This document shows, piece by piece, positions 23,155 through 34,874 of a DNA stretch of 46,316 bases. The stretch comes from Seison nebaliae. Its lineage: Eukaryota. Made by a program: the position numbers and the translations under genes. The notes beneath the pieces were generated by a model that was not told the origin of the DNA, ran no database searches, and saw only the letters and a program-made list of their open reading frames with translations. Location of the stretch: contig JALJEE010002989.1 of the NCBI GenBank assembly GCA_023231475.1, positions 1 to 46,316 of the forward strand, written 5' to 3'. The stretch's first letter is position 1; each line of letters begins with the position of its first letter.

Positions 23155-24472
23155 AATAATCTAATCTAGTCTGTAAGAAAAAGGAATTTAAAGTTTTCTA
23201 TTTCTCTAAATTTACGTGAATAATTTTTATTGACAATTTTTGAGAAGGTTTTAACGATCATCTCGAAAATATTAAATTGCCAATATAATCAAGATATCAA
23301 AAGAAATTAAATGAAAATAAATATGGTAAAATAAATAATATAAGAAATATCGAGAAAAAAAATCATTTGAATGATGTGCATGAATAGGTAAGTGAAAAGT
23401 ATATTATTCTATCTAGTAAACTATTTGAATCTGTCTACGCGCTATTTCCTTTCTCTCTTAAAAGGGGAAATGTGTACGAGAGAGCAGTTCTTCTTTTATT
23501 AAAGTCACTGAAGCGTCGTCGTGGTTGTAGTCGTTATTCAATCCTTTTTCCTTTTACGTACATACGGACACGTACACCAATCACTTTAAACTAATACGTG
23601 TTTTCAAACATTATCATATCAGTTAAGTTCTTTCGAGAAAGAAATGCATTGTCAAAACTTATCTAATTCAACATTGACATCGAATGATAATCAAAGTCTA
23701 ATAGAACAATGAGAACGATATGCTTAACATATTCTTCACTTTTCCAACTCAGCAGAAGTTTTAGCGAGACTCACTCCAAGTAAAAGGTTGTCGTGTTGAG
23801 TAATAGAATATTTAATTTATGTAAAATTTCGTCATTCATCAATGGTCATCACCATACGAAGATTTGTGTAGAAGAAATGAAAAGATAAATAATCTCAATT
23901 CAATAACAGATCGTCAGAGAAAGACTAATATGAGAAAAGTACTACAAAAATGAAATTTCAGTTTTCATCTATTAATTGTCTCATACATTTCTAATGACTT
24001 CACACACATATACACACGTCGATAGATCGAGGAAAATATGAATTTCAAATTATTATTCGAGGTCACTCACGAAAAATATTATCGAACATTTCAATCCAAC
24101 TTATCTTATTAAATGAACAATTATTACTAATACCGTTCGATATGAAAATAATTATCGATATTTGTTTTTCAAATTTCTTCATATTTTTCAAAAGACTTTT
24201 TTTTTAATTTTGTTTAGAAAGTATCGCTTAAAATTTTGTTTAGAAAGGCAGTAATTGTAATTCTTTCAGTTTCAATATCATACGATAGTTTTTTTTTAAT
24301 ATTTAATTTCAAATTAACAAAAATCCAATAAGAAATATCGTCGTTAAAACACATAATAGAAAAGAGTTGAGTGAAGAGAATGAATAAAAAACGATAAGAA
24401 TGAGGATGATAAAAAGAATGAGATAGTTTTTAATTCGAATGAATTAAGTGTAAAAAAGGAGAAACGAAGATG

Positions 24473-27400
24473 TTATTCGCACTGATCACTGGAGTCGTAT
24501 TGTTTGAGAAATAGAGTTTTCTTCCGTTTCTTCTTCTTCGTCGAATTCGATGGTGAAGTAATGTTGGAAAAGGAGATATTTGTCGATTCATTTTGGATAG
24601 TTGGTGAAGTGGTGACTAGTGTCGTCATATTAGTCGTCATTGTCGTGGGGTTCATAGTGGTGGTAGTAGTGGTGAGAGTAGTTGTAGTTGGAGAAGTGAA
24701 AGATGAATTCTCTTTTTCATCCGAGTCAATTAATCGTCCGATTTGACTAACTGTCGTCCGATCGAATCCTTCACGTAATCGATAAAACAGAATATACGCT
24801 TGTGAATTTAACACTTGTTTCAATGGCACTATTAATACATTCAAATCATTGAAATGTAGCCAAACACCTATGAAGATGAAAATTTTAACGAAATAAAATA
24901 ATAAAAATTTTATTGAAAAAAATTGAAAAAAAAATAAACCTGCTTGCTGATGATAACAATATGTGGTGTAATGACCAGTCGTTTGACCTTTCCCATGATG
25001 AATGATAACTGCTCTCAAATCATAAATTGTCTGAGAAACTCGATCACTTCCTGGTTCGCAATGTTCTCGTATGTCAAGTACTGGTGGAAAAACGACTTTC
25101 GCGCAAATTTTCCCATTTGACCGAACCGACCAACTTTCAAGAGAAATAATTTTTAAAATTAATTAAATAAAAATAAACTTGAATCTTTTCAAATGTAAAC
25201 GAAGAATAACTGGTGGTGTCCTGACTAAGAGACGTTTAGCAACATACCGATTTGGATCGGAGCCTTGTTGATTTGATGAAATTGCAGAATCAATTCGAAC
25301 TTTCTTCGTTGGAACGTTCGACGATTTCTGTCGATTATTTCTCTTATTTTTATTCTTCTTTTTCTTCGACGGTTTTCGACGACGTCGATTTCGTCTCGAT
25401 CTGTATGACTCATCACTGTCACTTGTGGACAATTCATCTGGTGATAAAGGTCGTTCTTCATGATGTTCGATGATGTCATTGATGATGGGAATTGGAATTA
25501 GAATTGTTTCGAGAATTTTATTCTCTTCAATTTTATTTGGAATCTCCAAATTATTCTTTCCCAACTTTTCACAATTCTCACATTTATATGATGGAGTAAG
25601 TCGTTCCCATGCTGTGAAACATGTCAACATTTCACTTAGATAACAATAATCATCATTCAATTCGAGGACATATGATGGAGTTGTATAATTATAACAGTAA
25701 TTAGTAGCATGTGCTGATGAAATCTTCCCACCGGTTATATCAGACGTATTCCTCACATCTCCATTCTCTTTCATCATTGCACTTGCACATTGTACAGGTG
25801 AAAGTTGTCGTTGGATAGAATTATTCTCGTTCGATTTCGATGATCTCGTTCGACGACTTGTATGTTTGAATTTTTTCCCATTAGGAAAATTGAGAGAAAG
25901 ATCTTTGAATGGTTCCATCTGTACTGTACAGCAACCACAAACATTACATCTCAATCGGGAAGATAAAACGCCGGAGAAACATTGATCGATCAACGATGGC
26001 ACTGGTAACGAAAATTGTTCCGTTAATTCCAACTCCACTAAATGACATAATTCCATCATAAATTCATGAGCATCCTGTTGATGACCACATTGGAAATGGT
26101 CCATCTTCTTCCAAATTAACGATACCAAATCCTGAGGAGCGATATTGATAGTAGCCAATTTTATTCCATTATGTATCGTCGTTCTCATCGAATCATCATT
26201 CGTTTCAACGTCGACATTATCTGTAATTGAAAAATTAATAATTTCCAGAAAAAGTTTTTGAAATTTTCGAAAAATAATTTTTGAAAAATATTTTTGAATA
26301 TAATTCTCAGAAAAAAATTGTTATAAATTATGAAAATTTACAAAAATAAAATTTTCATTCATAAAAAAAATCGAAGAAATAAAATTTTATAATTTTCATT
26401 ATAATTATATAATTTAAATTTCATTATAAAAAACAAACCTGTTTTTAGAGGATATCCGACAGCTAAACGACTAGCATCCGGTCGCAATCGTATAGGTGAC
26501 GCTGGAGGAGATATGGTTGTTGGTTGAGTTTCAGTCGAATCATTTTCCGGTACGTCAACCTGCAACGCCCCAACATTCATTTTTAATCGACAAATCGGAG
26601 AAAGATTCGATACTAAATTCTCATCGAAATCCCACAACTCTCGACAGAGTCGTTGAATACAAATCGCTAATCTACAGGAACAAATTAGTGAAATCAGTTA
26701 AATAATTAAACGATTCGTTGGAATTAAATTGATCTGGAGAATGTTTAGGATTTCGATTCAATGGTAATTGATTGATCAATTGATAGAATTCGGGGAGATG
26801 ACATAACGATTGTAGAATGCTGTTTAGGAAGCAAGTATTGCCAAGATTGGATAATCCTTTCACTCCGATCAGATTATTAGTATCGAATGAAGGAATAATT
26901 GATGACATATCGAACGATTGTTCAATATCAGATGAAGTGTTAGAATTGTTAATAGATAAAGAATTCTTTCTCGATTCCTGTTCTTTCCTTTTATTCGAAC
27001 TATTTCGTTCATTATTTGATTTGGATGAACTTCCACAATTGGTGGTGGTAAGACGACCAGATTTATTTCGATTATTCTTCTTCATTCGTCCATGTGATGT
27101 TCGAGATGATGATGAGAGTGAAGATGATTTTGTCTTGGATGATTTTTTCAATCTCTTCTCTTCAGGTGAGGGAATTGGTTCTTCTTTCTTTGTATCGAAT
27201 ATAACCGGTTTATTTTCATCAGAGACGATGTTCTGATGAATTTTCATAATTTCCTCATAAAACATCTCCTTTTGGGTAGATTGATATGAAGAAAAATCAT
27301 CGATCAAATTTTCCATATTCTCTTCGTCATTCTCTTGAATTGGAATTGTTTCATTTCCATCAATATCACCGTTCTCGTTATTCCACACTTGTTCCTCATT

Positions 27401-27850
27401 CATTTCATTTCTTTCTTCGTGTCCAGTAAATAAATCCATAAAATTCACAGCGTCCACATTTGGTCGATTGGAAATTTCCCGATTCTGAGAGTTAAATTCC
27501 AATTGCATTCTCAATTTATAACGACGATAAGCAGATAAATCGAGTGGAAAAGAGCGCGAACATTCATTCTCTAACAAGAGATTATTGAAACCGGATGAAT
27601 CCGAATCCGTATCTTTCAACGACGGCGACACTTGAAACAATTCGATCTCTTCCTCCTTCTCTTCAAACAACAATCCGCCTTCATTTCCATTTCCTTCCAC
27701 AATCTCATTCCCAAATGGTTCGTCTGAACGTTCGCCTCTCATCGCTTCATTTGACGCACTACTCGACGACGTTTGGATACGGGGTAAGCGAATGCGGATT
27801 TTGGTTGGAGTAATACACTCCGAACTGGCAACCTCAATTTTCCGTGGCAT
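24473..27850 (-). CDS. Ubiquitin-specific protease, USP44/USP49-like, 5 exons
   Basis: Cys box GLSNLGNTCFLNSILQSL, QQDAHEF, EPFKDLSL, ILRLHLKRFNWS, His box YDLRAVIIHHGKGQTTGHYTTYCY..GVWLHFND, SQAYILFY. The HHGKG..GHYTxYCY and LRLHLKRFxWS motifs are typical of USP44/49. Confidence 0.88.
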
Positions 27851-28390
27851 CTCACATCAATTCCATGAAAAGAAAAGTGTCGGACAAATGGAAATCGAAT
27901 CGAAATTTCTATTTTAAAGAATTCCTACTTATAAGTAATGTGAAAAATGGAAAATGTTTTTATTTAAATTCAATTCACTTTATTATCAAAAATTTCTGTC
28001 TTTTTCTTATCCGGAAAATAAAATATAAAATAAATAATTCATCTATTCTTCTCCCTCATTCTCGGATGAAAACAATGGGATTATGTGGAAATGTTTATTA
28101 TAAATTTTATATCAATTCTATTACGCTCTAATATTAATTCCATCAACGAATCAGTTTTCTGATATATCCCATCAGGTTCTATGTAAGCCATTCATCTATC
28201 CCTCCTTCATTACACTTAATTCCTTAAAAAAAACATGAAAAATTTAAACATTTAGCTTCATCGTCGGAAAGTACCTTATATTATTCCGTTGAGAAACCGC
28301 CAAATTTCAGTTTATTTTCAAAGATAAAAATCTATTCAAATTTTTATCTTTGACTAAAAGAACACGAGGATAAAACTAAAATTTTTAAAA

Positions 28391-29943
28391 TTATTTCGAT
28401 ATCGAAACTGATTTCATCGATTCTTTCACTTTCATAAAATCCAGTTTTTCTATCGGCATCGTCCAACCATCTTTCTCTTTACGGCCATACTGGAATGAAT
28501 TAATTAAATTAAAATTAGAAAATTTAAGGAAAATTTTTGAACTTGAATATCGGTAATTTCTGTAAGTAATTGATTCATTATACCCTTGTCATTCTTATTT
28601 ACAGGAATTGAATGGAATTTGCCACGATAAAGAATTTTTTCGATTGGACAGACGACACAGGCTGTCCCCGCACCAAACATCTCATGTACTCGATTCTCAT
28701 TAATTCCTTTAATTAATTCGCCCATTGTTATTCTCGATTCAGAAATTTTGAAATCAAATAAATTCTTCGCCAATTCCAGAATCGATGCTCTCGTCACTCC
28801 AGGTAAGATTAGACCATCTAATGGAGGAGTGACCAATTCCTTTTCTATTCATTCATATTTCAATCAAATATTCATTCAAATCAATTACTAACGTCCTTTT
28901 TCATTCGTCCAATAAATAAATAAGTTCATTGCTCCTACTTCTGTAATAAACTCTTTTTTTCCGTACAACCATAAGACTTGATCACAATTCTGTTGTACGG
29001 CCTGCGTCTGAATATCGATGGTTGGAGCGTAATTACTTAAAAGAGAAATTATCGGAGTATATTAATTTAAAGGTGAACCATCCCATTTTGAAACTGCCGG
29101 TACCACCTTCAGCAGCTCTCACATACTTTGGTTCAGCGAGTAAACTAATTGGATTGAAACCTTTTTTGTAATATGCACCAACTGGACCAGTGGCAATGTA
29201 TAATAGTGCTTTATTACTTTTCGTCACACACAATCTTTCCTATAATACAATACTAATATTTAACTAAAAGATAAATGAACTCTAAACTTCTACTCCCATC
29301 AATACCGGTCGAATATAAAGCGAAGAATTTTTTGACGACGGAACAAATTGATGATCGATTCCCACCAGAATTTTCAAACATTCCAAAATTTCATTCTCAT
29401 CAAAAGTCTTTCAAGAGAATTCAATTTCGAATTATCTTTTATAAAAATTTAACTGGCAATGACGATCGTAAAGCGGTACGATTCATTCGACTAAAATTCA
29501 TATCTGGTCGAAATAACTGAATATCATCATTGGTGGTTCGATAAGCTTTCATTCCTTCGAATAACTTCAATGAAACAATAATAAATTTACATCAAAAATT
29601 AATGTAAAACTTCAATGGCATAATGGAAGACTTTGGCACCAGGATGAATATTAAAATTTGCCAACGGAAAAATTGCTGGTTTCGACCATCCACTCAAATT
29701 ATTCCAACCGGCCACCAACATATGAGAAGAAAATGCTTCACCAAACGCTACATTCTCTACATTATAATTATTTTTAGCTTTCGTATTCAAATTAATCGAC
29801 AGATCTCTAGCTCGAAATGATTCGAAATCATTCGTTCCCGAATCACAAATCGACGATACATCAATCGACGAATAGCGAATAGAACGTAGCGATGTTAAAT
29901 TAAATCGAAATAAATTAGAAGTTGATTGAAGAAACTTACTCAT
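28391..29943 (-). CDS. BCAT: Branched-chain amino acid aminotransferase (mitochondrial-type presequence), 7 exons
   Basis: [43 protein letters not shown] (PLP lysine), [31 protein letters not shown] (CXXC). Confidence 0.96.
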
Positions 29944-30942
29944 TCTTTCCAAAAAAGAAAATTATAATGAATTTTTATTAGGAAAAATAAATTTATTTCC
30001 ATTAGAAAAAAGTACAAAAATAAATGTATTTCTATTCAAAACATTAGAGAAAGAAATTTGCCACTCCTTTTGCATGAAAATATATAGTAAATTCTCTATC
30101 GATTTATTACAAGATTTTTATGTGATGTTATAAATTCTGCTTTACACAATATGTCTTCTCATTATTTTTAAAATAAATTCATCTAAACTTTCGTCTTTTC
30201 ATAATATTTTCTGTGTTTTCTTAAATCTAAAAAGTTAGCTAAAATATTGAAACTTGTATGTTTTCTGCGATTCGAATTACTACTAAATAATCTTGAAAAA
30301 ATATTAAGAGATGGAAAGAAATAAGATTTAGTATGGGAGTGTAGGAGAAAAAGTTCAATGCGTATCTCGAATGAAGGGACTATAGCAGAATAAGCCTAGA
30401 AAAATTGATTTGCGTCTTCCCAAACAAGTTAAGTTTTCGTGTTTTGTAAACTTCTATTTTCTAAGACGTTTTTTAATCATAATCTTTTCTTCTTTAGAAG
30501 ATCTAAAAGGGAATTGATTGTGTCAAATTAATGGATAATTCTGTAAAATTGAAAGGAAGTGAATATTTGAAGAAAAAGAATAATGTTTAACCAAATTCCT
30601 TCCATTATTTCGTTTATCAGATTTTCATGGTCCAACATTTTTAATGAACAAATCAAATGGAACAATTCTTCTCATTATTTTTGAGAGCTGAAATAGATCA
30701 ACATAAAAGAGTATAATATCGATGAAAATAAAGAAATTTTTTTTTTATAATGGAAATATTCAGATAGAGTTTGACTAATAATAATGATAATAATCTTGAA
30801 AAATAAGATGATATTGAAAAAGATATCATTCGATTAATCGTCTAAAATTTTCAAGAAAAACGAATAAAATTTAAATTAAGAAGAAAAAATTTTCCCCAAA
30901 TTGAAATGATTTTCCAGAATTGAGTCAGAAATTTCTTTCTTT

Positions 30943-31953
30943 TCATTTGGAATTAATTGGAAATTTTATACGATCATTATCGTTCTTTTGTGAACATTGT
31001 TGGCAGAATTCGAGTGAGACACATTTCTTCTTGATGTGGACACAAATTCCGTGATTGTCTGTTGTAGATGAATTTGAATTGATGGAACGTTTCTTGTTTG
31101 ATGATTCCGTCAACGGTTTTGAAGATTTTTTCAGTTTAGTGAAATTGTCATTTATGGTTTGAGTGGTGGTAAGAATGGAGGAAGTTGATTGGGTTGGCAT
31201 TTGTAATTTTTGAATAACTGAAGAAATATGACTATCATTTAAAATGATACTCTCCAGATAAATGATTCGTTCTCTCATTTCTTTCTCTTTCAATTCGCAA
31301 GCGATTTTCGACTGTTTCAATTGATCATTTTCTGTTTCTAAATATCGTACATTCTCCTCCAAATTCTTTATGTACATCTTCTTCCTTTCGCGATTCTCCC
31401 GCGCAACAACTGCATTCTTCGACATACATTTGGCAGCGGTGAGTGGTGATGATCTTTTTCTTTTATTCGAATCGTTATAATTATTATTATTATCATCAGA
31501 ATGATGATACTGTCTCCTACTACTACAATAAGGATCATCATTCAATTCATTAGATTTATCACAATGAGCAGTATTACTAACAATTATCGAATGAGAGAAT
31601 TTCTTATTATTTTTTCTATTAACAACAGAAGGAGATGGAGGAGAATGATGACTATCCTGATCAAATGACTCTGTCAAATGACGACGATGCAAATAATTTT
31701 CGTCACTTTCATCAATCATCACTTCCGATTTTGGTCGATATCGATTCAAACTCACCAAACTACGTATTTGCTTCGATATCATCGCATCCTCTTCACCGTC
31801 CGTGTTCGAACTCGTATCGAACATCTGGAGATCATCTTCTGATAATACGGAGGATGCAGTCGTGGGCGAATAACTATAATATAATTCTTCGTCTAACTGA
31901 TTTAATTGATTGAGATTAATTGATTCCATTTTCTTCAACTTGCCCAGCGACAT
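30943..31953 (-). CDS. CREBZF: CREBZF/Zhangfei-like bZIP transcription factor, intronless
   Basis: Basic region SKNAVVARENRERKKMYIKNLE plus leucine zipper. C-terminal GICVHI...VSLEFCQQC matches the CREBZF family tail motif. Confidence 0.82.
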   Translation of the reverse strand: MSLGKLKKMESINLNQLNQLDEELYYSYSPTTASSVLSEDDLQMFDTSSNTDGEEDAMISKQIRSLVSLNRYRPKSEVMIDESDENYLHRRHLTESFDQDSHHSPPSPSVVNRKNNKKFSHSIIVSNTAHCDKSNELNDDPYCSSRRQYHHSDDNNNNYNDSNKRKRSSPLTAAKCMSKNAVVARENRERKKMYIKNLEENVRYLETENDQLKQSKIACELKEKEMRERIIYLESIILNDSHISSVIQKLQMPTQSTSSILTTTQTINDNFTKLKKSSKPLTESSNKKRSINSNSSTTDNHGICVHIKKKCVSLEFCQQCSQKNDNDRIKFPINSK

Positions 31954-32544
31954 TAATGTTCAAAGGAAATGTTGACGAAAAAAATTTCCGACCTAAAATT
32001 ATGACGTTATCGTAAAAAACAATTTCATAATTCTTATTAACACCATCCAACTCAGTTATGACCCTTACAAATGTATGTTCTTGTTTAATATTCAAGCTTT
32101 ATTGGTTAATTGGGTAATGAATCATTCTTTACAATCGCACCCTTTTTATTTATGTTTACTCTTAAGTTTATCCATTCCGTTTTGCATGCCATATTTTTCC
32201 CATGTACATAAGAACAAAATAGGAATTTAAATAAATTTAAAATAGTCAATATGAATTTTGTTCCATTCAATTTATTGAATTCTCAAAGAAAATTAGTTTT
32301 GCTAATTTTAAAAATTAAGCTTTTATTACAAATTTAATACACTTTAACGTCTTAAATTGGGAATTTCTTATTTTATGAAGAATTTTTTGGAATTGCTTAG
32401 GATTTTTCACTATGAATTATAATAGACATAAGCTAAGAAATCATTAAAATTATTTCAAAATATTTTAGAATATGAAAATATTTAAATTTCAAATTTTAAG
32501 CCTAATATATTTTGGAATATAGTTCGCTGCTTCAATTATCAAAA

Positions 32545-32867
32545 ATGCGATTCACTAAATTTTTGAGAGGTGATGCATTTGGCAATTTGAATACCGACAT
32601 CCGACGCCAAGTGACGCATCATATTTCCCAACATGAAGTTACTCTTCTTCCTATCGTTAATTTGTCAAATATATTTCCTTAAAGGGACGTGTTTTAGCTA
32701 CTGTCCATCCTTTCAATTACCTGAGAAATCTTGCCCGGAGAATGTTATTCATCGCACCCCCATTTATTTTCATGTACATGGTACGTGATTGGGCAATCAA
32801 GGAGAATACTCGATTGAACAGAAAGCAGCCAGGACAATTTGATAATGAGTCTCCAGACGAGGAATAA
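32545..32867 (+). CDS. UQCRQ: Cytochrome b-c1 complex subunit 8 (QCR8), 2 exons, intron 32638-32684; not in ORF track
   Basis: Spliced 91 aa: MRFTKFLRGDAFGNL...VTHHISQHE|GRVL...FIAPPFIFMYMVRDWAIKENTRLNRKQPGQFDNE. It matches the FGNL / S.xE / PPF..Y...W / RKxP..xxNE pattern. Confidence 0.88.
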
Positions 32868-32958
32868 ACATAAAACTTTTATTTTTTCAGAAATATTTAG
32901 AATAATAAATCAATTTCTTCTTATTTCTTACAAATCTTGATTTATTTTTTGAAAAAAA

Positions 32959-33366
32959 TTACTGAAGATATTTAAGAAATTCTTTTTGTTCTTTAATTTC
33001 GTTTGACCATAATCGGTTTTCACCAATCAACGGTTGTAATCGAACAAGACGATATTTCTTAGAATCGATTTTTTTCACAATTACCGAAACATATTGCTCC
33101 AATAGTTTGTCGCGATTGACTAGTGATGACATTGTGAATTTGTCGAAATTCTCAATAATTATACAATCAGTTTCATCTTCTACTGTCATTTCATTCTTAT
33201 CTTTAAGAAACTGGTTTTTTGGAAAAACGTTTTATAATAAAAATTCAAAATGTTGATAAGAAAAATTTTTAACTGAAATTATCCTTCCTTCTAGCCAAAA
33301 CGTTTCGGGATGATATAACCTTTCATTAAATTCGATTTCATCAATAAAACATTTAATGGAAATCAT
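32959..33366 (-). CDS. RMI2: RMI2-like OB-fold protein (114 aa), 2 exons, intron 33211-33273
   Basis: MISIKCFIDEI...FWLEGRIIS|FLKDKNEMTVEDETD...EQYVSVI...LVRLQPL...RLWSNEIKE aligns by eye to RMI2 motifs VWMQGRVV, GKYVMVMG, AVKMTDL and MWELEV. Confidence 0.65.
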
Positions 33367-33419
33367 GTTTATTGGGAATATTTGCAGAAATTTTTATTAA
33401 GAAATTTATTTGGCTTAAA

Positions 33420-33999
33420 TTAGAATGAGAAGCAAATGACGTTGATCAGATTGAAAGAGAGAAATAAGAGAATAGAAATCGATCCATTTATAGTAGTCGA
33501 TGCATTGCACAAATCTTCATCGCAACAATAATTGAGAACTTGATTCAATGACGTGTCATTGCTAGCGCAATTTGATTCAGGGAATGTTGAAGCACAAGTT
33601 CGAGTTACTAATCTTCGTTCAGTTTTCGATTCTGGACTTTCTTTATAAACCGACACAGTTTTCTATTTTTAAAAATAATTTATATTTTGTAAATTTCAAA
33701 AAAAAATTAACTTGACAAGAATAATAACAAATTTCCGTTTTTAATTTTTTATATTTCTTCTCACAAAGTCCGTCGTCTGTCGAATCGGCACAGACGTAAC
33801 ATAATCGACTTTTTGATGCTCGTTCGTTGATAAGAGAAACACGCTTCTCAAATCGACCTATGTCTCTTATTCGAGCTTTCTCCAATAAAACTGGACGGAT
33901 ATCTTCGTGATAATTTGGAGTGACTCCGTTTAATTGAAGAGATTTTTTCACATTAACTATAAGAATTGAGAAGAGTAACAGAAGTATTTTTTCATTCAT
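33420..33999 (-). CDS. Ly6/uPAR three-finger protein with signal peptide and GPI-type tail, 2 exons
   Basis: MNEKILLLLFSILIV, LCYVC...C...CYYSCQ|...VTRTC...C...YCCDEDLCN, then a hydrophobic C-terminus. Confidence 0.85.
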
Positions 34000-34874
34000 C
34001 CTTATAGTTTTTGAAGAGTTCAGTAATTTTATTGATGTTCCAAAGAAAAAAACGATTGAGAAGGAGAAAAATAAATAAAATAAAAATTCTTCTGTTTTAT
34101 TTGATGTAATGTAACGGGAACGAAAAGATAGATAAGAAAGAAGACGACAGATTCTTCTTGGAATGACATTGATCCTCTCCAATTCTGTAAACATATCAAC
34201 TTCATTGATTCTTCTTCATATTATATTCCTCCACTTCCATTGTAAACTGATTATTTATGCAAATGAGTGTCGTTCTCTCTCATAACATCGAATTCTGATT
34301 CAGTTCGATCGAATATGTATTGGATGACATAATGTTGATTACGAAGGTAAAAGTCTCATTAGAACAACAGAATATTCCGGAAAATATATGAATAACATTT
34401 ATTTTACACTTCTTCAACTCGATCAAACATTAGAAGCGATACTAAGAAAATATAACTGTTTTGTCCGTTAGTTCCAATATATTTTCCAATATAAAACAAA
34501 TATATGAAAATTTGATGGTAATTTTCAAAAAATTGGAAAGGAAGATTATTGTTTAATTCTTGTTTTGGACGAAGTTGAAACATTTAAAGTATCAAAATCG
34601 ATGTTGATCTTTTTATTTCATCGGCAATGATGTCATTCGTCGACATAATGATGAGCGTAAATGTATGAATTATTATATATATATTATATATTATGTTAAC
34701 ATAATAAAAGATAAAAAAAATATTGTTGACATCTAACTTGATCCATAAGAAACACATTAACTGGCAACAAAAATTTAATTATCATTATTTAAAATTTGAA
34801 TTTTTCTCAACTGAAGTGAACAATTTCGTGGTATTATAATGCGTATAATTATTTTTAATACACAAAATTATGCG

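Noticed and set aside
1239..29943. Alternative genetic code or stop read-through to explain broken ORFs
   Set aside because: All breaks in conserved genes are resolved by short GT-AG introns under the standard code.
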